A DNA stretch of 64,000 bases from Zootoca vivipara. Its lineage: Eukaryota. The notes under the pieces are model-generated. The model made no database searches. It saw only the letters and a program-made list of their open reading frames with translations, and was not told the DNA's origin. A program made the position numbers and the translations under genes. The stretch is taken from assembly GCF_963506605.1 (NCBI RefSeq), contig NC_083277.1, positions 9,300,001 through 9,364,000 on the forward strand, given 5' to 3'. This document shows positions 9,357-23,130 of this stretch, piece after piece (position 1 is the first letter of the stretch; every line of letters starts with the position of its first letter).

Positions 9357-12197
9357 CAGTGGTACCTTGGTTTATGAACACAATTGGTTCCGGAAGTCTG
9401 TTCATAAACTGAAGTGTTCATAAATTGAAGCGAACTTTCCCATTGAAAATAATGGAAAGTGGATTAATCCGTTCCAGACGGAGTTGGAAGAGACCACAAG
9501 GGCCATCCAGTCCAACCCCCTGCCAAGCAGGAAATACCATCAAAGCATTCTTGACATATGGCTGTCAAGCCTCTGCTTAAAGACCTCCAAAGAAGGAGAC
9601 TCCACCACACTTCTTGGCAGCAAATTCCACTGTCGAACAGCTCTTACTGTCAGGAAGTTCTTCCTAATGTTTAGGTGGAATCTTCTTTCTTGTAGCTTGA
9701 ATCCATTGCTCCGTGTCCGCTTCTCTGGAGCAGCAGAAAACAACATTTCACCCTCTTCTATATGACATCCTTTTATATATTTTAACATGGCTATCATATC
9801 ACCCCTTAACCTTCTCTACTCCAGGCTAAACATACCCAGCTACCTAAGCCGTTCCTCATAAAGCATTGTTTCCAGGCCTTTGACCATTTTGGTTGCCCTC
9901 CTCTGGACACGTTCCAACTTGTCAGTATCCTTCTTGAACTGTGGTGCCCAGAACTGGACACAGTACTCCAGGTGAGGTCTGACCAGAGCAGAATACAGTG
10001 GTACTATTACTTCCCTTGATCTAGACGCTATACTCCTATTGATGCAGCCCATAATTGCATTGGCTTTTTAAGCAGCTGCATCACACTGTTGACTCATGTC
10101 AAGTTTGTGGTCTACTAGGACTCCTAGATCCTTTTCACATGTACTGCTCTCAAGCCAGGTGTCTCCCATCCTGTATTTGTGCCTTTCATTTTTTTTTTTT
10201 TGCCCAAGTGTAGTACTTTACATTACTCCTTGTTAAAATTCATCTTGTTTGCTTTGGCCCAGTTGTCTAATATGTTAAGGTCATTCTGAAGTGTGATTCT
10301 GTCCTCTGGGGTATTAGCCACCCCTCCCAATTTGGTGTCATCTGCAAACTTGCTCAGGATGCCCTCAAGCCCACTATCCAAGTCATTGATAAAGATGTTG
10401 AATAAGACTGGGCCCAAGACAGAACCCTGTGGCACCCCACTAGTCACTACTCTCCAGGATGAAGAGGAGCCATTGATGAGCACCCTTTAGGGTCGGTCAG
10501 TCAGCCAGTTACAAATCCACTGAATGGTAGCATTGTCTAGCCCACATTTTACCAACTTCTTTACAAGAATATCATGGGGCACCTTGTCAAAGGCCTTGCT
10601 GAAATCAAGATAGGCTACATCCACCCTTCATCTACCAGGCTTGTAATTCTGTCAAAAAATGAGATCAGATTAGTCTGACATGACTTGCTTTTCAGAAACC
10701 CATGCTGACTTTTAGTGATCACAATGTTCCTTTCTAGGTGCTCACAGACCGTTTACTTAATGATCTGCTGTAGAATCTTTCCTGGTATTGATGTCAGGCT
10801 GACTGGGCGGTAATTGTTTGGGTCCTCTCTTTTCCCCTTTTTGAAAATAGGAACAACATTTGCCCTCCTCCAGTCTGCTGGGACTTCGCCTGTTCTCCAG
10901 GAATTCTCAAAGATTATTGCCAGTGGTTCTGAAATCACCTCTGCCAGTTCTTTTAATACTATTGGATGTAGTTCATCTGGCCCTGGAGACTTGAATACAT
11001 CAAAATTAGCCAAGTATTCTTGTATTACCTCCTTACTTATTCTGGGCTGTGTTTCCCCTGCTGAATCATTTGCTCCATATTCTTCAGGTCGGGCATTGTT
11101 TTCTTTTTTGGAGAAGACTGAGACAAAGAAGGCATTGAGGAGTTCTGCCCTTTCTCTGTCCCCTGTTTGCATTTCACCACCTTCTCTTGTAAGTGACCCC
11201 ACTGTTTCCTTGTTCTTCCTTTTGCTACGGACATATCCATAAAAGCCCTTTTTGTTGCTTTTAACCTCTCTAGCAAGCCTGAGTTCATTCTGTGCTTTAG
11301 CTTTTCTGACTTTGTCACTACACGTGCTGGCTATTTGTTTGAATTCCTCTCTGGTGATTTCCCCCTTTTTCCATTTTTGGTACATATCCCTTTTAAATCT
11401 TAACTCAGTTAAAAGTTCTTTATATAGCCATCCTGGCTTCTTTAGGCACCTTCCATGTTTCCGTCTCATTGGTATTGCCTGAAGTTGTGCTTTTAATATC
11501 TCCCTTATAACAAACTCCCAACCATCATGAACTCCCTTCCCTTTTAGTATTACTGTCCATGGGATTTCACCCAGCGTTTCCCTAAGTTTTCTGAAGTCGG
11601 TTTTCTTAAAGTCTAGGATTTGAGTCTTAGTATTCTTGGTTGCTCCTTTCCGCTGTATAATAAACTCCAGAAGTGCATGGTCACTCCCACCTAATGATCC
11701 TGCCACTTCTACCCCACTAACCACGTCATCACTATTGGTTAGGACCAGATCTAAAATGGCTGATCCTCTTGTTGCTTCTCCCACTTTCTGGACAATGAAG
11801 TTATCTGCAAGGCCAGTGAGGAATCTGTTCGGCCTTATGCTCTTGGCTGAGTTTGACATCCAACAAATATCAGGATAGTTGAAATCCCCCATTACTACTA
11901 TCTCACTTCCTTTTGAATGCTTGGTCATCTGTTTCAGGAAGGCTTCATCTGTGTCCTCAGCTTGGCTTGGGGATCTATAGTAAACTCCCACAATGAGATC
12001 ACTGTTATTTTTCTCTCCCTTAATTTTGACCCAGATACTCTCAATATGTCTGTTCATAAACTGAAGCGTTCATAAACTGAAGCAAACTTTCCCATTGAAA
12101 GTAATGGAAAGTGAATTAATCCGTTCCAGATGGGTCCGCGGCATTCGCAAACCGAAAATTTGTAAACCGAGGTGTTCATAAACCGAGGCTCCACTGT
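9357..12197. mobile_element. Tigger-type MITE split by a CR1 insertion
   Basis: Left part 9357-9481 and right part 12048-12197; TIRs CAGTGGTACCTTGGTTTATGAAC / GTTCATAAACCGAGGCTCCACTG with flanking TA. Confidence 0.75.
9482..12047 (-). mobile_element. CR1 LINE, 5'-truncated, degenerate ORF2
   Basis: APE and RT fragments ([23 protein letters not shown]) broken by stops and frameshifts. Confidence 0.95.
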
Positions 12198-12447
12198 ACT
12201 TTATATCCCACCTTTATGCCGTGTGGGGATTTGAACCCAGGCCTCCCAGGCCTTCATCCCACACTCTAACCACTACACTACACTGTCTCTCAGCAGCTGC
12301 TTAGGGGTGGGACAGGAGACTGTGATTTTACATGGCTTGGCATTATGAAATTGGGAGTGGGAGAGTGTGGGGAATATTGGGCGTCCATCTTTCAATGGTG
12401 TTTTCTGGGACAGCAGAACTTGAGTGGGGGATGTTTGGCCGTTTCAG

Positions 12448-12556
12448 GGCCCAGCGAGCACCAAGGAGAAGGAGGAGGCATTCCTGACACAGCCAGGCCA
12501 GAGGACGATGTTCTGGCAAGTCAAAGAGGAGAATTGCGGCATTGTGGGCTCTCTGG
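12448..12556 (+). CDS. ZKSCAN-like gene, coding exon 4, degenerate KRAB-A
   Basis: ...FLTQPGQRTMFWQVKEENCGIVGSL resembles the KRAB-A C-half (LDPxQRxLYREVMxENYxNLxSL); 109 bp, phase 0 to 1, GTAAGG donor. Confidence 0.7.
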
Positions 12557-13299
12557 GTAAGGAATAGTGCTTAGGTGGAGGGCTGAGCCACATCTCCCAT
12601 CAGCCCCAGCAAGTGTGGCCGATGGCCAAGGATGATGGGACTTGTAGTTCAGCAACATCTGAGGGTCAAAAGTTACCCACAGCTGGCCTAGGGCTTCAGC
12701 CCTAACTAGGTCTACTCAGAAGTAAGTCCCGGGGGGGGGGGCCTACTCCCAGGTAAGTGCGGTGAGCATTGCAGCAAACCCCACAAACAGTTCAGGTTGC
12801 AATTTAAGCATGTTTCCAAGGGGTCAACCCCACTGGGGAGACTGCAGAACTTTCTTTTCATTCTCAACTCTACCAGGGCCCATTGGATACGATTCAAGCA
12901 TGTTTACTCAGAGGCAAGTCCTGTCTGTTCGGTGTTTTACCCCCCAATAAACATAGTTTGGGAGTGCAGCTTAGGTTTCTTCCATTTGAAATTAATGGGA
13001 TTTAAAAGCTGATTAATTTTGGCCAGGCCCATAAGTCTATACCCATTGAAAAGCACAAACCAGAATAAATATCCCTACGTCGTAAGTTCCATTCTGCATA
13101 TCAATTAACTAAGAAATAAATACGAGTTATAGCACAGCAGTATATAACTTTAATTTTCTGTTGTTCTTTTCATATTTATCTCTTCCTTGTGGGTTTTTTT
13201 TTAAGAAGGGGGATGAAAATATCAAAAAGGAATGTGTCCATTGACCAGAAAGACTAAATTCCAGGAATATTATTTGGATCCAGATTCTGCAAATAATAA

Positions 13300-13357
<58 letters not shown>

Positions 13358-13370
13358 CTCCCACCCCCAG

Positions 13371-13457
13371 AGGGGCTTCTGATTCCCAAACTGGATCTTT
13401 CCTTCCAGTCAGAAAAAGGGGAAAATATGTTCTCGCAGGAACCAGAACCAGAACCAG
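13371..13457 (+). CDS. ZKSCAN-like gene, coding exon 5, KRAB-B-like
   Basis: EGLLIPKLDLSFQSEKGEN resembles KRAB-B (GxxIPKPDLISQLERGEE); follows a (CT)n pyrimidine tract; phase 1 to 1. Confidence 0.7.
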
Positions 13458-15248
13458 GTAAAGGAAGCTGGTGGAATTTGCTGGGTGCTGCTGGCACCTG
13501 ACATTCTTCGGCAGCTGCCGGGGGCCACACTGTGCTATGGCAAGGGCCACAGCCGATGCCTGCCCTGACTGATCCCCCTCCCACCACCAGGCTAAAAAAT
13601 ACATTTAAAGATTCAGGACTGACATGAGAAAGGACTTCTTCACACGCTGCATCGTTAAACAGTGGGATCTGCTGCCACAGAAGGTAGTTGTGGCCACAAA
13701 TTTGGCTGGCCTTAGGACAAGTTAATGGAGGATGACCCTGTTTTGCACCTTTGCTCTCGGATGGTGGGGGGGGAGGGCAAATGTCTCTGAATGTCCATTG
13801 CTAAGAATCATAAGTGGGGAGGGTCTTGTTGGCCCCCAGGATAACAGGAAGTTGGACTCTGTGGGCCTTTGGCCTGCTGCAGCAGAGCTCATTTTCCATA
13901 CTTATAACCCAAAGTTAGAGAGACTCCCTTCAGGAATATGTGGCAGGTGTAGACAGTGATAATCAGAATCTCCTGATAACTGTAATTGTTCAGTGTGGAT
14001 CACTTAAGTTTCCTGATAATGCAGAAGTTCACACCCCCCCCAAAAAAAATTGTGGAACAGACACCCATGTTTGCTCACTTGGCCGAACCATCAGGGGGTT
14101 GTGAAGAGGCAAGATTAATTGGGAGTCCTTAGGCTAGGAGGGGTTTAGGGCTCGGAGGACAGTCATCCTTAGTATTGCCTCTCTCTGCAAAAAAAGAAGA
14201 AAAGTTTGGGGCATGTTAAAACCATGTCTGATTTCAAGAGCAGAGACTGTCGCTGTGGTGTCTGGATAAAGGGAGAGCTTTAATGATCAGTCACATGTCG
14301 CTCAGCAATGAAGAAGCCATGAAGGATTTGAAGTCCTGTTTTGTGAAAGGGGCGGGTGCTAAGGTAATTCAGATAATGGCAGATCTCCCTTAATTTTTTG
14401 TTAAAGGGTAGCAGGGACTATGGATCCAACATCTGGGACATTTGTTTGGTTCTGATCATAGTTGGCAGAAGTTGTAAAGTAGCTTTTTACACACACAAAC
14501 TCCTAGTACGTTGTGGTACCGTTTTCATTCATAGGCTTCAGTGATATTTTTGAATTGGAAAAAAAGATCTGCTGCTCTAAATCCACAGGAGTTCTGATTT
14601 AGTCTCATTGACTTGATTCCATGAAGAAAACGCCTAAAATTCTGCATGTTAATTTTAACTTAATCCATGTTTATCCTGCTGGCAAAAGAACTTCAGATTG
14701 AAACAGCCCCTTCCAGCCTTGCCCACCTGGTGCCCTCTGTCCATTTAAGACTACAACTCCCATCATCCCTGGCCAGTGCATCTCCAGGTATGGCTAGCAA
14801 TGCCCTTGCCTGAAGACCCTGCAGAGCCACTGCCAATAAGTGGAGGCAATAGTGACCTCGATGGACTAATGGTATGGCCTGGCAGAAGGCCACTTTCATA
14901 TGGGATGAGACCTTTTGCATGCAATGCATGTGCTTTGCCACTGGAGACAGAGGCTTTTGTGTGGTGGCACCCAAGTTATGGATCTCCTTCCCAAGATATG
15001 ATTGCTTGGTACTATCTTGACCATTATTATTAATTAACATTACTACAAACTCTGCAAACTCTTTCCTATATTCCCAATAAAGTGTGGCCCCCTCCAATGG
15101 CTGAAAACCTGGGGGGCTTTAACAGAATACTGGAGACTCTAGAAGGGGAGAGGGTTCTTCTGCTCGGATCCTGCTTATGGGTTTCCACTGGGCATCTAGT
15201 TTCAATATTTTTTCAAAAAAATGTTTTTGGTTTCACCACCACTTGCAG

Positions 15249-16450
15249 GTAAAAGGAGAGAGATCAAGATGGAGAATTCCCACCAAGGGGAAGCTGTGCC
15301 AGAGGGAATGTCCCAGGGGAACGTTCCTTTTTTAGCTGAGATTGCAGAGCAAAAGGGTGAGTCCAAAGGAGACCATGAAACAAATGAATTCAGCAATCTC
15401 CCAGAAGTTCCCTTTAGTGAAAACACAACACAGTTTGGAGTGGAAAAGCCCTTCTCCAATCATGGGAGGAACAACCAGGACAGTTTGGGTCTCGGTACGC
15501 TAAATGCAGAAGAAGGTCCTTATGAATGCCCCGTGCGTGGGGAGAGCTTCCAGCGAGGATCTGCCCTGGCTGAACACCAGAGGAGGCACTTGCAAGAGGA
15601 AGCATATGAATGGTCTGAGGGCGAGAAGCCCTTTCCCCAGCGAGAGATCTGGGTGAGCCATCAGAGCGGCCTCATGGAAGAGAAACCATACGAGTGTCCC
15701 GAGTGCGGGAAGAGGTTCAGTTACAGAGCAACGCTGATGCGGCATCGAAGGATCCACACCGAAGAGAAACCGCACAAGTGCTCCCACTGTGGGAAAAGCT
15801 TCAGCCAGAGGACCAACTTGGTGAGTCACCTGCGAATCCACACCGGAGAGAGGCCATATCAATGCTCCCAGTGCGGGAAAGGCTTCCGGTGGCAACTCCA
15901 TTTGAAGAGGCACCAGAAGATCCACACGGGAGAGAAGCCTCACGAATGCCCGGACTGCGGGAAAAGCTTTTCCCGGAGAGATACGTTACTCAATCACCGG
16001 AGGACCCACACAGGGGAGAAGCCGTACGAGTGCCCAGATTGTGGGAGAAACTTCAACCACCCATGCAACTTAATTGAACATCAGAAGATGCACACAGGGG
16101 AGAAACCGCACGAATGTCCCGAGTGTGGAAAAAACTTCTCCCGGCGGGATACACTGATCAAGCATCAGAGAACTGACACGGGAGAGAAGCCTTATGAATG
16201 CCCCGAGTGTGGGAAAAGTTTCCATCATCCTTGTCGGTTGACGGACCATCAGAAGATCCACACAGGAGAGAAGCCTCACAAATGCCCTGAGTGCGGGAAG
16301 AACTTTTCTCGGCGAGATACGCTGATCAAACACCAAAGGACCCACGTGGAGGAGAAGCCTTATGAATGCCCCGAGTGTGGGAAAAGCTTCATTCAGAAGA
16401 AGGCATTCATCAGACATCAGATAATTCATTTAGGGAATACGTCCAGCTAA
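15249..16450 (+). CDS. ZKSCAN-like gene, final exon with C2H2 zinc fingers
   Basis: TTGCAG acceptor (phase 1); 8 canonical fingers, 1 with terminal His to Asp, 2 degenerate N-terminal fingers; TGEKP linkers; stop at 16450. Joined CDS is 2271 nt (756 aa). Confidence 0.9.
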
Positions 16451-17457
16451 TATTTTTGAAAAGTGCCACATTTAAAATAAGAAGATACCATTTTCTGTTC
16501 AACTCTTATGATGCCATCTTGGTTTTGTGGTTGTAACATTGTCTGTATCATTCAGCTGCATGTTCCTCTCTGGGGCTCTAAATGAGGTCTTGTTCTGAGT
16601 GTGACTGTGAATATATAAACTTGTTGGACTCCTTATTAATTGCTTTTGACCTAACATAGGAATTAGCATTATCCAGAGGACACCCCATTTGATGCCCCCG
16701 ATAGACAGAATCCAGCCTGTAAATAAGGAACATTAATGCATCCACTTGAAACACATTGAACTGGGCAGAAGCTCCACACAATGCAATAAGATTTATTTCT
16801 GACAACGTGTGGAGATGGCGAGGCTGTATTTGCAGAGGGCATTTGAAGCTGACGCCCTGTTCAGATTCTTTTTCATTTTCTTCCCATCTAAGGTCTCCAG
16901 AGCAAGGAGCTATTCTGACTGATGTGGGTGGAGGGAGTTCATTTTCTAGTCCTCTATTAATCCAATGATGCATGCATTTTAAAAGCTGCATGAGGTATTG
17001 TGGGGAGAGAAAGGTTTTGTGGAATTGCAGAGTAGTGAGGGATCCCGAGGGTCTTCTAGTCCGATCCCCTGCAGTACAAAAAACCTTTGCCGCACGTGGG
17101 GCTCAAACCCACAACCCTGGGATTAAGAGTCTCGTGCTCTGCCAAATCAGACATCTCAAAAGGAAAACAAGATTGAAGGTGAGGAAAAGATTATTTATTG
17201 CAACTGTTAAAAGTGTGTCTCTTTAATAAGAAGTAAGCTGCAGAGGGAATTCTGGGGAAAGAAAGAAAAATACAGTACAAAGCAACAGCGACCCATTTTT
17301 GTTTTGTTGTTTCTGCTGATTTTGACTGGAATGAATCCTCTCAAAGGTCCCCTTGAAAAACTGCCCAATGTGCTCTTGGCGGGTAAATGTTTTTTATATC
17401 AGTCACTCTGGTCTGGAGAGAAACTCCTGCTGGGCCTGAGAGGCAGATTTAGTCTCC

Positions 17458-17980
17458 TCATGAGATGCTGGGGTGGGTTTTAATATCATTCAGATCAAAG
17501 TAAGGGAGGAGGGTCTCTCCAGAGAACGAGGCTCCTGAGAACGTGTAGAGTTCAGCTCCTGAGTCAGCATCAGAAAAAGACACACGTCCCTCTTCATAGT
17601 CCAGAGTCACCCGGATCCTCCTAGGAGCCTCATTCAGGGACAGATCAGAGTCAGGGAAGGTCAAGGCCCAGTACTTGCCTGCAGACTTCTCCACAGCCCA
17701 GATCCCCTCCTCTGGCCTTATGCAGAAGCGGCCCTTTCTCCTCACCTCACAGACTTCCTGGCAACCCCCACATCCCAGCATTCCCCACTTCCCACATTGA
17801 CTTCCCATAAATGTCTTCCTGCTGTGAATCCCTCACGTCCCAACACACAAGGCCAGTACCGGTAGTGGAATCTCTCAGGATTGTTGGGCAGGACTTGCTT
17901 TTTGTCTCCCTTTCTCACGCTTCTCCGATCCTTGGACAGGATGAGCCAGGGATAGGCTGTGTCTGGATCCAGAGTGACAT
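17458..17980 (-). pseudogene. PRY-SPRY (B30.2) exon pseudogene (TRIM/RFP-like)
   Basis: VTLDPDTA...PERF...CVLG...WEV; frameshifted by a 5-bp duplication near 17745; acceptor replaced by CR1. Confidence 0.85.
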
Positions 17981-19214
17981 CAATAGGAGTATAGCACTTA
18001 GATCTAGGGAAGTAATAGTACCACTGTATTCTGCTCTGGTCAGACCTCACCTGGAGTACTGTGTCCAGTTCTGGGCACCACAGTTCAAGAAGGATACTGA
18101 CAAGCTGGAACGTGTCCAGAGGAGGGCAACCAAAATGGTCAAAGGTCTGGAAACGATGCCTTATGAGGAACGGCTTAGGGAGCTGGGTATGTTTAGCCTG
18201 GAGAAGAGAAGGTTAAGGGGTGATATGATAGCCATGTTCAAATATATAAAAGGATGTCATATAGAGGAGTGAAAGGTTGTTTTCTGCTGCTCCAGAGAAG
18301 CGGACACGGAGCAATGGATTCAAACTACAAGAAAGAAGATTCCACCTAAACATTAGGAAGAACTTCCTGACAGTAAGAGCTGTTCGACAGTTTCAAAAAC
18401 CTCATCAGGAGGGTTTTAAACTGGCTTATGTGGGGGAGGGAGACAGTGGTCCTGAAGGTAGTCTACATTTTTTGATAGAATTACAAGCCTGGTAGATGAA
18501 GGGAATGCTGTGGATATAGCCTATCTTGATTTCAGCAAGGCCTTTGACAAGGTGCCCCATGATATTCTTGTAAAGAAGCTGGTAAAATGCGGGCTCAACA
18601 ATGCTACCATTCCGTGGATTTGTAACTGGCTGACTGACCGAACCCAAAGGGTGCTCATCAATGGCTCCTCTTCATCCTGGAGAGTAGTGATTAGTGGGGT
18701 GCCACAGGGTTCTGTCTTGGGCCCAGTCTTATTCAACATCTTTATCAATGACTTGGATGGTGGGCTTGAGGGCATCCTGAGCAAGTTTGCAGATGACACC
18801 AAATTGGGAGGGGTGGCTAATACCTCAGAGGACAGGATCACACTTCAAAATGACCTTAACAGATTAGACAACTGGGCCAAAGCAAACAAGATGAATTTTA
18901 ACAAGGAGAAATGTAAAGTACTACACTTGGGCAAAAAAAATGAAAGGCACAAATACAGGATGGGAGACACCTGGCTTGAGAGCAGTACATGTGAAAAGGA
19001 TCTAGGAGTCTTGGTAGACCACAAACTTGACATGAGTCAGCAGTGTGATGCAGCAGCTAAAAAAGCCAATGCAATTCTGGGCTGCATCAAGAGGAGTATA
19101 GCAAGGGAAGTAATAGTACCACAGTATTCTGCTCTGGATAGACCTCACCTGGAGTACAGTGTCCAGTTCTGGGCACCACAGTTCAAGAAGGATACTGACA
19201 AGTTGGAACGTGTC
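17981..19214 (+). mobile_element. CR1 mosaic fragments (first tandem copy)
   Basis: ORF2 C-terminal piece followed by an RT piece ([13 protein letters not shown]). Confidence 0.9.
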
Positions 19215-19396
19215 GAAAAGCAGAGCGCTGACATGTGACCCGTCGATCAGCTGTTCCGCGGCTTTAAAGCGGTCTCCCTGCCTCTCTAGGACAGCGTTTC
19301 TCAACCGCTGTTCCGCGGCACACTACTGTGCCGCGAGACGCTGGCTGGTGTGCCGCGACGTGAGGCGACGAGAAGGGCGATTTGCGGCGCCAATAG

Positions 19397-19522
<126 letters not shown>

Positions 19523-20532
19523 TAATATTTTTGAAAAGTGCCACATTTAAAATAAGAAGATACCATTTTCTGTTCAACTCTTATGATGCCATCTTGGTTT
19601 TGTGGTTGTAACATTGTCTGTATCATTCAGCTGCATGTTCCTCTCTGGGGCTCTAAATGAGGTCTTGTTCTGAGTGTGACTGTGAATATATAAACTTGTT
19701 GGACTCCTTATTAATTGCTTTTGACCTAACATAGGAATTAGCATTATCCAGAGGACACCCCATTTGATGCCCCCGATAGACAGAATCCAGCCTGTAAATA
19801 AGGAACATTAATGCATCCACTTGAAACACATTGAACTGGGCAGAAGCTCCACACAATGCAATAAGATTTATTTCTGACAACGTGTGGAGATGGCGAGGCT
19901 GTATTTGCAGAGGGCATTTGAAGCTGACGCCCTGTTCAGATTCTTTTTCATTTTCTTCCCATCTAAGGTCTCCAGAGCAAGGAGCTATTCTGACTGATGT
20001 GGGTGGAGGGAGTTCATTTTCTAGTCCTCTATTAATCCAATGATGCATGCATTTTAAAAGCTGCATGAGGTATTGTGGGGAGAGAAAGGTTTTGTGGAAT
20101 TGCAGAGTAGTGAGGGATCCCGAGGGTCTTCTAGTCCGATCCCCTGCAGTACAAAAAACCTTTGCCGCACGTGGGGCTCAAACCCACAACCCTGGGATTA
20201 AGAGTCTCGTGCTCTGCCAAATCAGACATCTCAAAAGGAAAACAAGATTGAAGGTGAGGAAAAGATTATTTATTGCAACTGTTAAAAGTGTGTCTCTTTA
20301 ATAAGAAGTAAGCTGCAGAGGGAATTCTGGGGAAAGAAAGAAAAATACAGTACAAAGCAACAGCGACCCATTTTTGTTTTGTTGTTTCTGCTGATTTTGA
20401 CTGGAATGAATCCTCTCAAAGGTCCCCTTGAAAAACTGCCCAATGTGCTCTTGGCGGGTAAATGTTTTTTATATCAGTCACTCTGGTCTGGAGAGAAACT
20501 CCTGCTGGGCCTGAGAGGCAGATTTAGTCTCC

Positions 20533-21055
20533 TCATGAGATGCTGGGGTGGGTTTTAATATCATTCAGATCAAAGTAAGGGAGGAGGGTCTCTCCAGAGA
20601 ACGAGGCTCCTGAGAACGTGTAGAGTTCAGCTCCTGAGTCAGCATCAGAAAAAGACACACGTCCCTCTTCATAGTCCAGAGTCACCCGGATCCTCCTAGG
20701 AGCCTCATTCAGGGACAGATCAGAGTCAGGGAAGGTCAAGGCCCAGTACTTGCCTGCAGACTTCTCCACAGCCCAGATCCCCTCCTCTGGCCTTATGCAG
20801 AAGCGGCCCTTTCTCCTCACCTCACAGACTTCCTGGCAACCCCCACATCCCAGCATTCCCCACTTCCCACATTGACTTCCCATAAATGTCTTCCTGCTGT
20901 GAATCCCTCACGTCCCAACACACAAGGCCAGTACCGGTAGTGGAATCTCTCAGGATTGTTGGGCAGGACTTGCTTTTTGTCTCCCTTTCTCACGCTTCTC
21001 CGATCCTTGGACAGGATGAGCCAGGGATAGGCTGTGTCTGGATCCAGAGTGACAT
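20533..21055 (-). pseudogene. PRY-SPRY (B30.2) exon pseudogene, second tandem copy
   Basis: Same translation and lesions as 17458-17980. Confidence 0.85.
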
Positions 21056-23053
21056 CAATAGGAGTATAGCACTTAGATCTAGGGAAGTAATAGTACCACT
21101 GTATTCTGCTCTGGTCAGACCTCACCTGGAGTACTGTGTCCAGTTCTGGGCACCACAGTTCAAGAAGGATACTGACAAGCTGGAACGTGTCCAGAGGAGG
21201 GCAACCAAAATGGTCAAAGGTCTGGAAACGATGCCTTATGAGGAACGGCTTAGGGAGCTGGGTATGTTTAGCCTGGAGAAGAGAAGGTTAAGGGGTGATA
21301 TGATAGCCATGTTCAAATATATAAAAGGATGTCATATAGAGGAGTGAAAGGTTGTTTTCTGCTGCTCCAGAGAAGCGGACACGGAGCAATGGATTCAAAC
21401 TACAAGAAAGAAGATTCCACCTAAACATTAGGAAGAACTTCCTGACAGTAAGAGCTGTTCGACAGTTTCAAAAACCTCATCAGGAGGGTTTTAAACTGGC
21501 TTATGTGGGGGAGGGAGACAGTGGTCCTGAAGGTAGTCTACAAAGTGCTGAAGATGATCACCCAAATGTCAAGGACCAAATGGAGCAAACAGCACACAGA
21601 CGTAGTGGTGGGAGGAAAAAATCCTTAAATAAGAGACATGGGGGAATGATCAATAGTCTTCAATGTCTGTACACTAATGCACAGAGCATGGGAAATAAAC
21701 AAGATGAACTTGAGCTCTTGGTACAGCAAACTAAATACGACATAATAGGCATCACTAAAACCTGGTGGGATGAGTCTCATGATTGGAATGTAGAAATAGA
21801 GGGATACAATCTATTTCAGAGAAATAGACCAAACAGGAAAGGAGGAGGAGTGGCATTATACGTCAGGGATGTGTATACCTGTGAAGAGATCCAGGATTTA
21901 AAACTTCAAAGCCATATTGAGAGTATCTGGGTCAAAATGAAGGGAGAGAGAAATAACAGTGATCTCATTGTGGGAGTTTACTATAGATCCCCAAACCAAG
22001 CTGAGGACACAGATGTAGCCTTCCTGGAACAGATGACCAAGCATTCAAAAGGAAGTGAGATAGTAGTAATGGGGGATTTCAAGTCCCAGCAGACTGGAGG
22101 AGGGCAAATGTTGTCCCTATTTTCAAAAAGGGGGAAAGAGAGGACCCAAACAATTACCGCCCAGTCAGCCTGACATCAATACCAGGAAAGATTCTAGAGC
22201 AGATCATTAAGCAAAGGTCTGTGAGCACCTAGAAAGGAACACTGTGATCACTAAAAGTCAGCATGGGTTTCTGAAGAATAGGTCATGTCAGACTAATCTG
22301 ATCTCATTTTTTGATAGAATTACAAGCCTGGTAGATGAAGGGAATGCTGTGGATATAGCCTATCTTGATTTCAGCAAGGCCTTTGACAAGGTGCCCCATG
22401 ATATTCTTGTAAAGAAGCTGGTAAAATGCGGGCTCAACAATGCTACCATTCCGTGGATTTGTAACTGGCTGACTGACCGAACCCAAAGGGTGCTCATCAA
22501 TGGCTCCTCTTCATCCTGGAGAGTAGTGATTAGTGGGGTGCCACAGGGTTCTGTCTTGGGCCCAGTCTTATTCAACATCTTTATCAATGACTTGGATGGT
22601 GGGCTTGAGGGCATCCTGAGCAAGTTTGCAGATGACACCAAATTGGGAGGGGTGGCTAATACCTCAGAGGACAGGATCACACTTCAAAATGACCTTAACA
22701 GATTAGACAACTGGGCCAAAGCAAACAAGATGAATTTTAACAAGGAGAAATGTAAAGTACTACACTTGGGCAAAAAAAATGAAAGGCACAAATACAGGAT
22801 GGGAGACACCTGGCTTGAGAGCAGTACATGTGAAAAGGATCTAGGAGTCTTGGTAGACCACAAACTTGACATGAGTCAGCAGTGTGATGCAGCAGCTAAA
22901 AAAGCCAATGCAATTCTGGGCTGCATCAAGAGGAGTATAGCAAGGGAAGTAATAGTACCACAGTATTCTGCTCTGGATAGACCTCACCTGGAGTACAGTG
23001 TCCAGTTCTGGGCACCACAGTTCAAGAAGGATACTGACAAGTTGGAACGTGTC
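21056..23053 (+). mobile_element. CR1 mosaic (3' fragment, ORF1 end/APE start, internally deleted RT)
   Basis: [15 protein letters not shown] start, deletion at ~22081, RT motifs. Confidence 0.9.
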
Positions 23054-23130
23054 GAAAAGCAGAGCGCTGACATGTGACCCGTCGATCAGCTGTTCCGCGG
23101 CTTTAAAGCGGTCTCCCTGCCTCTCTAGGA

